Source of the DNA: Octopus vulgaris
Lineage: Eukaryota
Direction: 5' to 3'
NCBI GenBank assembly: GCA_951406725.2
Contig: OX597815.1
Coordinates: 19,654,001 to 19,718,000, forward strand
DNA: 64,000 bases
The notes beneath the pieces were generated by a model. The model was not told the DNA's origin. It saw only the letters and a program-made list of their open reading frames with translations, and ran no database searches. Both the position numbers and the translations under genes were made by a program. This document shows, in pieces, positions 55,190-64,000 of the stretch (position 1 is the stretch's first letter; each line of letters starts with the position of its first letter).

Positions 55190-55760
55190 AATAGATCGTT
55201 TTAGACTGTCTTTATAATCATCATCAGTAGGATAGATTTAATATATGTCTCAGCATAAAACATTTATCAACGTATCTCTTTGTTCAACTATGCGTCAAAG
55301 TAAATTTTATAAAAAGACTCGAAAATCTAGCCTTAAGGTGAAATTTATCGAAATGTGTATTGAAAAAATTATCTCAATAGACAAAGTGTAACACATATTA
55401 CTATAGAAATGTCTTCATGTCCTGAAGCTGTACATTAATATAACAACAATACTATAACCCTATTGGAATTGAAATATGTTGACTGAAGGAGTTTGTGTAC
55501 CAAGCTGTTTAGTCATCAACGATGTACTGAATTTGTTGCAACGATATAAGGTCAGTAGATAGATTAGGCAGTGTTGTGGCTGGGTGGGGATCTTCATTGA
55601 ATACAAGTGTCTATAGTTTTGAAGACGTCTTATTGATAGATTGAAATCGTTCTTTGTTGTCCGTTCGAATGTGGTCTTGATAGCCGTGGTGGTTCGGATA
55701 TTAATATAGATGACGGATGGAATAGTTGTTCGATATGTCAATAAGATTTCCAACAAAATA
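55190..55760 (-). pseudogene. Heavily decayed Penelope-like GIY-YIG C-terminal region with degenerate hammerhead-like motif downstream
   Basis: Across frames SVIY..TTTAIKT..TKNDF..RLQNYRH, then TLCLL and LNK, in the order of the PLE motifs VIY..YIG.T..F..R..H / C.LCL.EK / LLNKR. CTGATGA...AAAAC follows at about 55190-55230. Many frameshifts. Confidence 0.45.
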
Positions 55761-56774
55761 GAACATTCTAGAAAACTGAATATCTACCTATCCGATACGG
55801 TGAGTCGAACATCAATTCATTAAACGTTTGATTATTAATGGAAGAGGTCTAAATTGAAAAGAATATTAATGGATTAACCAAACGTATGAAAAGTTTATGA
55901 GTTATGAGTGGTGGTAGGTTGTGTAGGCAGAAGCTAAATGGAGGTAAAAGATATTTATGGAGTGAGTATTAAAAGACCGTTACGTAGGCAAGTATTTGAA
56001 GACCGGATATTAAGACATGAGTCTGAATCAAAGAAAATGTAATATTCAAAAGGAATTCTATTAATACCAGAAAGAAGACAAAACCAGCAATGATATAGAT
56101 GTGTCACTAGTTGACACAGTTCCGGCAGAAAAACTTGTATATGTACAGGTATCCACACTCTGGTAGACAGAATAGTTAATATTTCTGTTCAAAAATATAT
56201 ATTTCAAATACTAACGAGTAAATGTGTAAATGATAAAAAAAAATGACAACCAGTTGGTTTAGTACATTATCTTTTATATTTCGAATTGATGCTTTTAGTA
56301 TGCTTTGATGAGAATAAAAAATAATGTTTTAAGATAATTTCACGTTCAATGTACTCTGACACTCTCCTCTCTTTTTCCTTCTCTCTCTATCATTCTTTCA
56401 CTCTCTCTTTATTTCTGCCTTCTTTCTTTCTCACATTTGCACTGTGCTCCTTTTACCATAACTATTCAATAACAAGTCACCAGGGTGCTAATTCTCCAGA
56501 ATGTACGGCCTTGTACCAATGTAAGGAATCAATAATATAAATATATCAAGAACTAGGCAGCAAGATTTGCAATATATTCCTTTACGATCTGAGTTCAAAT
56601 CCTTTTGGGTTTGTTTTTGTTTGCCTTTTAATTTTCCAAGTTCTTTTAAATATATACCTGCAACTTCTGTTGGAAGCATTCGGGCCAGATCTCCATTAAT
56701 AAGATATTGCCACCACGCAGACACTTTTGGCAGTCCTTCAAGAAACTCGGAAGTGGATGATGACCTTACTTCAT

Positions 56775-57091
56775 CAGTGGGTCCCAAAGTGGGCGGTATT
56801 GTCCCACCCCAACCCGGGGGCATTGGAAAGTTCTAAGGGAGCATGGAAGAAAAGTGGGGAAAGAGTTGGGTAGCGATTCGTGTAAAAAGTGGGGCGATAA
56901 TGGGGTAGCAATTCATATAAAAACAACAAAATAATGGGTTCGTTAGGGTAAGTTTTGTTTGTGAAATACAGTTGCTTTGAATTTGCTTCAGAAAGAGGTC
57001 TGTATTTGTGATGGTTAGTTGGGGTGGGGATACTAGGAATGTGGCCTGGGTGTCAAGGGGGTGGCAGCCTAAAAAAATTTGGGAACCACTG
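56775..57091. mobile_element. hAT/Charlie-like MITE
   Basis: TIRs CAGTGGGTCCCAAA / TTTGGGAACCACTG. The right flank ATCTAAAC fits the Charlie NTCTARAN target, but the left flank does not match it. Confidence 0.75.
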
Positions 57092-57109
57092 ATCTAAACT
57101 AAGCCGACA

Positions 57110-57540
57110 CTATTACCACGACCATCAGCGACCATCAGTCTTACCATCAGCAACATCATTATCATCATCAGCAGCAGCAGCAGCTGTCAGAACAGTTTGT
57201 TCAACTGCATGATTAACAACTTTATAATGATTATCTTCATATTAGCACCATTTCCCAACACCACCAACTACAACAACAACAGCAACACCATCACACAACT
57301 ACTACCGCTACAGTCATAATCCATTATAATCGCGAAAACCATAATCATTATCATCAACATCACCATGATTATCATCATCTTTCTCATTAGCTTTCTAATT
57401 ATCATTATCAATATTATAATTATCAACACTATTATTATTATCAGCATTACCTTCACCATCATCATCAATATCATCAGCATCGTTGCTATCATCACTTCCA
57501 CCGTTGCCTTCGTCAGTATCATCATTATCATCATCATTGA
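57110..57540. repeat. Degenerate (CAT/CAA/TAT)n trinucleotide low-complexity tract
   Basis: Read directly. A similar tract lies at 12280-12445. Confidence 0.9.
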
Positions 57541-57786
57541 CGTCGGCAAAAAAAGAAAATAACGCCATTATTGTCAACAAGATAAATCTAAATACCGCCC
57601 ACCACTACTCACAGCTCTGTACTAAGCTGAGTGCATTCTTATTTTATTTGTGAAACAAATAACTAATTTCAAATACAGTTAATCTAACCAGACTAAAGCT
57701 TTCATTTTTATAAACACAACTATACATACATTTACTAGGCTTTGCCTATGTATATATGTGGGTGTATGCATATGTATGTTTGTGTA

Positions 57787-57830
<44 letters not shown>

Positions 57831-57904
57831 CATATAGAGTGTATATATATATATCATATATATGATATTGTTTACACACATTCGCACCCATATATATATG
57901 GTGC

Positions 57905-58380
57905 TATTTGGTAATTTGTACTATTTTTATTTTGTCCTCAGTGTCCAGCAGGACAGCTACCACCACCCATAAGCCATCTATCTCTGGGGGCACCTCCCCA
58001 ATTTTAATTTTCGAGATTCTTCGACCCAGTGTTCTTTAATTTCGGAAGAAGTGAACCTCACCTCCACAATGCCATAATTTTTCCTCTGGCCACGTATTTG
58101 ATCCCTGACCATATTCCTTGTAAACACTTTTCAATAGTTTCTATGGCTATTTGGTCAATCATTTTTGTGTTTGTGACAGAAAATTGTATATTATATGCTA
58201 TGCACTGTTGTATATAGTAGAGGCGGGGGTCAAGTGAACATTTGTGCCTTTCTCTGTAATACATTCTTCACTTTTTTATGTCTTCAACGTTAAGGTTGAG
58301 TGATTCTTGTTGTACTCGCGCTACTGATGTGAAACCGCGACCGTTTAGTTTAAATTTATCTTTCTTGAGGTCATATGCAA
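57905..58380 (-). pseudogene. Decayed coding remnant, probably LINE ORF1
   Basis: Frameshifted stretches MIDQIAIETIEKCLQGIWSGIKYVARG and GRRISKIKIGEVPPEIDGLWVVVAVLLDTEDKIKIVQITK resemble the RRM-type ORF1 of non-LTR elements (recognition only). Confidence 0.4.
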
Positions 58381-59227
58381 AAAAGTGGGATTTTTTTCCC
58401 ATACTTCTTGATTCACATTAAACAAGTAAAATTTAAATGAGACACGAAGAAAGGAAACACGATCGTTATCAAAACTTTCATGAAGTGTTCATACTCTAAC
58501 CGAGCCCGTGTATCTAAAGTTGACCATGTTAGCTAATCGAGGATGCAGAAATAAAAAGGTAATCTACTAATACATTTTCAATTCCCCATAGAACATTTAT
58601 CTGCCAGTCATATGATAAATGTTGCCTTTCTAATTGGTGGTCAGCATAGATTCATATCTCTCTTAAATGTAAAATATCATGATTCTGCAAAGCATTTAAC
58701 TGAACAGAGACATGTGATACTTGTCGTAAAGGTAGCGTATATTCAGCAGGGTTAAAAAGTCATCCTCACTTTGCAGTTAGTTAACAAGCGAGGATCATAC
58801 TCATTACTGAGTTTTCTTTCATCATATATGTGTACTGTGTGTGTGCTTGTGTGTGCGCATGTGCCGGTGCGAACGAAAATTATAAATATTACAAAATGCA
58901 TGAGTATATATAAGTTTAATTTTATCATTATTAATCGGCGGAAGGTTTCAAAAGTGAGTCGTGTCGTGAATCTGGCATGTATCTCTCTCTCTCTCACTCT
59001 CTCTCACTCTCTCTCTCATATATATATACATATATATGGAGAGAGATACATACATACATATACACACACACAAAAGATGCATGTGTGTGTACATGTGCGG
59101 TGGAACGTGGTTTAGCTGCTAGGGTATGCACTCATGACTTTAAGATTGTGGGTTTTTGAACGGACGATGTTCATTTAATGATGACCCTCAACTGGAAAAA
59201 TGAGTAATCCTTCTAGGGGCCGGTATC

Positions 59228-59260
<33 letters not shown>

Positions 59261-59812
59261 TGTATGTATGTATGTATGTATGTATGTATGTATGTATGAA
59301 TGTATGTATGTGTATATGCACACAATATTATTACATTCAAGCGTTCAGACATGCTTGTTGTGTTCGTGAAACTTATAGTAGTGCAGATTCTCAATACTGA
59401 TATTTAACTCTCTTGGCATGTCTTCAGCACTTTATTTCGTTTTATATTTTTACACCTATCTATATGTGTACGCTGTGTATTTTCATGAACCTATGTTTGT
59501 GTTTGTGTATTATGCATGCATCCGTGTCATAATTTCATAGCTGTACGTGTCCGATCAGAAATTTGATTTGATGTCATGCTGCAACTAAAACTATTATATT
59601 GTGATGTGTCGTTTTAGTCATTTGAAATCTCGTATATACTATAATCACCACGTTTATTTATTTTGCAGATCTATTGTATACGATACTCTTATTATGTGTC
59701 AAATATTGTCTTCACCGTTATAGTAGCTTTATATTTTATGTTTATGGTCTGTCGCTTATTCTGTTATAATAGTAATATGTAATATTTATAAATATTAATA
59801 ATATATCTATTA

Positions 59813-59849
59813 TGCTAACAGATTTTTCTTTTCTCTTTTCTAGGTAAGT
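59813..59849 (+). promoter_or_regulatory. Candidate recursive splice site (zero-length exon)
   Basis: TGCTAAC branch point 59813-59819, pure pyrimidine run 59823-59841, AG 59842-59843 immediately followed by GTAAGT. Confidence 0.55.
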
Positions 59850-61075
59850 ATCCCTTCTCTTCCCAACAGATGAGGGTAATGTAGAACATTTCTTTATAAT
59901 TTGATTGTATTTATTTAAAACACCATTAAAATTCTTGTGAATTTAATTGGAATCTTTCGATATCGAGGCAAGTTAAAAGAAATAATACCGAAATTTGGCT
60001 CAAACTCTTTCCGATGTTATCATTTTATTCTTGTTACTTCAAATAATATTCTTCTGTTATATTTTTTCTTTTGGTCATGTGTGTGTATGAGTGTGTGTTT
60101 ATGTGTGTGTGTGTGTCTGTGTATGTGTACATTACATCAAACGATAATAAATCATGCAACAGAAAAGTCTTGACCTAAGCCATGAGTGTTTTAAGAACTT
60201 TTTTTATGTCATCATATTATATTATTATAACTAACCAGTTCACTTCATGTCAGACCAGCTGCACTTTAAAAGATCAGAGGATTATGGTGAAACACAATAG
60301 TTAATAGTATTAAAGCAGTCTTAATAGAACAGAAAAGCCACAACATTCTGCAGCTAGAGTAGAGAGTATATTTACGCATAGAGAAACGTACAGCATTATT
60401 TAAGACTCTAAAACTGTCTGAATAAATTAGAACTTGAAATTTTATTTGGATAATGACAAGAATAAAAAAGAAATTAATAAGATATAGTGAACTGATGCAG
60501 ATTGCTGTCATTGTTGTTGTTGTCACTGTTTTAACTGTTTTTGTGGTTGTTTATCTTCAACTCAGCTCTTATGGAACAAAATTATGATCAGTTGTACGTA
60601 ACCCATGACCTTACTATCATTTTCTTTTCAGTGACAATGTACTTTAACACATCCCTTTATTAAGGTGATAATGAGTACTTTAAGGGAAATGTGGCAGCTA
60701 CTACTGAGGAAGGTATAGCGGGGTTTTTTTTACATCTACACTGAACCGCAAAATAAACGCGAGACGTGTGTGACTGTGAAATATGTTTTAATTTCATTGT
60801 CAGAGATAAATGTTGATAAAACTGATGAAGTCAATTTCTTGAATGCACTTCGACCTCAGTCTATAGGATCGTTGTCATGTGTTCTGGTAGTGGGCGGATC
60901 CAGCACATCGAAGTTTTAGGTCGTGACATGTTCAATACCGTCTATGCCCTAGCTGAGTGTTCAAAACGACTATACACTCTCGGTACATGGAGTGCATGAG
61001 TAGGTTCACAAAACCCATTGGTACCTGTGTTCGCACTCAGTGTAAGTTCAGTGTACGTACTATGTGTACAAGTAC

Positions 61076-61107
<32 letters not shown>

Positions 61108-61546
61108 GTGGTTAATTAATATCTATTCATCTGTGTCAGTGTTTGATACTTCGCGTTTCAGAGGTAAATTGCAATGAGTGTAGGTAATCTCATTTGTAGG
61201 TCAATGGAACCTACAAAAACATCTTAATTAGACGTCCTAATGCTGTCGAATTGATAATTAGTACATATTTTACGATTAAATTAGCATCAAATCTCTTAAC
61301 TTTACGTTTCTTTCGACAAGGCTAGTGATACTAAAACTAAGACGGTGATTGATGTGGTATATTTTACTATACATACATAGACCTCAATATCAAACCTTGG
61401 AATCCGTTCTAGTTCTATGATTCCATAATTGATGGGAAGGTAAGGAAAGGTGATTGATCTGAAGTTAGGAAAGGTAAACGCTTGTTTATAGATATTTTGA
61501 AAGATACACTCAATTCTCATAAACTTAATATAAGAATAAGATGTGT

Positions 61547-61550
<4 letters not shown>

Positions 61551-61628
<78 letters not shown>

Positions 61629-61680
61629 TGTATGTCTGTGTCTGTGTCTGTGTGCCTGTGTCTGTGTTGTTGTGTGTGTT
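61551..61680. repeat. (GT)n / (GTCTGT)n microsatellite
   Basis: Read directly from sequence. Confidence 0.97.
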
Positions 61681-64000
61681 TCTCTATTATATTCAAATAA
61701 ATCTTACGGGATAATTTTTTAATTTGAATTAATACTCCTACAATTTTAGATTTCGGAAATTCTTGATATTTAGTGAATAAGCCTTAGACATTTTATGAGT
61801 TTCTCAACAGCAACATGTCCTCAATACTAGTTAAATATCACGCTAACAACTAAGCTTCAACGTGGTCATTCTAGCTGCTAAAATAGCAACTATTTTATAG
61901 ATACTATATTGTCTTATGAAATGAAGGACGTTGGATAATGCAGTCTTTAACCCGTTGTCTGTAAAGAGATTCTCTTTAGAATATCTTTGATCATAGGCCT
62001 CTGATAAGGGTAATAATATCAGTTAGTTGATATAAGTATTCTATAGAGATCCAATATCACATTATTTTATGATTTCCAAATAAAGCTTAAAGTAGTATAG
62101 GGTATAGCAATGTTTTTTCAATAGTTTTTGTTATAACATTCGAGGGAGAAAGGATTATTTTAAATGGTTTGTTCGAGCCCTAAGAATAGGCATAATATGG
62201 AGGATGGATGAAGCAAAGTAGTGATAAGAAGGAAAGGAGTAATCAGAAAGTGTCTTTGAAGACGTGAACCGTTACTAGTCAATTTGCAGAGCAGGCTATA
62301 CATAATAGCAGAAAGACCGAGTGTGGAGGTAGCAAATTGCTGCGCAACTCATTCTTGTGGCCTTTTTAGTAATATAGGATATTGTATGTGTAGCACCAGT
62401 ACCGTCTCAGTTGGAGTAGCATTCCTTTGCTTCTCTCACTTGTAGTAGAAGAGTAGTAGTTGTGGGAGGAAGTAATTTTTCTTCTCGAAGTGAAAGGTAA
62501 TTTTTTGGGTACAACTTTTTTTCCTGTTAGCGATAAGCTTTCACCAGGAGAGATCACCAGTGATAGTAAAGCGTAGTATCTATAATGGTGGATGACCGGA
62601 AGAAGAGTGGTTAAACATTGCTGAAGGGAAAACAATAGAAAAGCAAGCCGGGTAGAATCCAAAGAGAGACATTCAACTTAGTCATTGAGAGAAATAACTG
62701 CCACATCTCTTGCACCCTATTGAATTACAAAATAAAGAACACAATGAATAATGTGTTCCAGCCTAACTTATGTCTAAATAAAAGGCGGCATGGTCGCGGG
62801 TAAAACCTTTTGATTATAGCTTGCACAACTATGGATCACTGATCCGAATATAAACAAAATAATATTACGAACAACAACAACAATGACAGTACGCAATCAG
62901 GTTATTAATAAGATCTAAATACTAAATTTGAAACTACCTTAAATATATGTCATCAATTGACGGAAAATTTTCGAATATAATGCTGTTGAATCTTGTTTTT
63001 TAAAAACACGTATTCCTATGCATGTGAACATATGTGGTCAATGGCTGGGCTGTAGAAAACACACCGTGCGATCGTGGATCCGATTTCCCGAGTGGTCGTA
63101 CGATGTTTCCTTGGGGAAAGTACATTATTTTATGTTGCTTCGTCCTCTGAACTGAACATAAATTGTGTTTGCTTCAAAGTGGGATCTCACAGCCCTACGC
63201 TTTGCAAATAAAACATCTCAATGACCATGAAGTGTTTAATTTGGAAAATATAGAAAAATGTTTAATTTTAAACATATATTTTATACAAAATGTTGTATGT
63301 TATTTATTAAAAGTTTTCATTAGTAATAAAAGTAAGCTGATGCATTATTACATTTTCATTTCTCACTATATCTCTATATCTCACTATATCTTATTGGGTA
63401 TATTCTCTTTACCCAATAATTCTATATTTTTTAAAATATATTTATTATTTGTCCACAGCCAAGTTAATCTTATAATCAATGTTTTACTCACTTTATAAAT
63501 CTTAATATATAAAGTGAATGTTTGTTTGTCCCAAGTTGTAAGTCACAGGGTTTTCACCCAGATAGCTAGAAATTTATATAGGGCTACGTCCTTTCGAGGA
63601 GATAGTCATAAGCTTGTGACATTTTCTGATATTTTCTATAAACTCAGGAAATGTAAAGTATTATTGCTCGTATCTACAACAACAGTTTTTATACGTTACA
63701 TTTGGAGAATGAACAATATAGTTCCTCACAATCTCCGCAAACATATAACTTCTTTTAACTTGTAATTACTTGAAATAACTTATATAACTACTCGTTCTAT
63801 TACTTGGTATCGCTTATGATTACGTGTTTGTGGGGTTGGAAATGAAAGAAATAATTCAGTAACTAGCATCGCCATTGGAGATAAAAAAAACAAAAGAATT
63901 ACTTGCTTGTATGTTTGATTTTTGAAGCGAATTAACTCACCAGAAAATTATTCAGTAAGCTAATATAATTGTTTATCTTTTCATACATTTTCTGTCACAC

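Noticed and set aside
56488-56823. 111-aa minus-strand ORF with an AG|GTATAT donor-like site
   Set aside because: It starts within the hAT MITE, has no good acceptor and matches no recognised domain.

Overview
AT-rich, microsatellite-dense eukaryotic DNA, most likely intronic or intergenic. The SINE families and the (TA)n/(GATA)n/(CA)n load resemble an Octopus genome (inferred from recognition, not searched). No host protein-coding exon can be supported, and most ORFs in the track are microsatellite translations. The window holds two abundant tRNA-derived SINE families, 3' fragments of an RTE-type and an R4/Dong-type LINE, a decayed Penelope GIY-YIG region, a non-autonomous Helitron, two TIR MITEs, and several local inverted or tandem duplications. 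The main signal is a set of short elements, most sitting in microsatellites, that carry minimal type-I hammerhead ribozyme motifs with palindromic helix III and/or an asymmetric head-to-head foldback. One is a TSD-flanked composite of tRNA-like Pol III head, (AAT)n and hammerhead tail with an inverted tail copy, which looks like a Penelope-mobilised, ribozyme-bearing SINE. A consensus recursive-splice site (branch point, pyrimidine tract, AG|GTAAGT) lies at about 59.84 kb.
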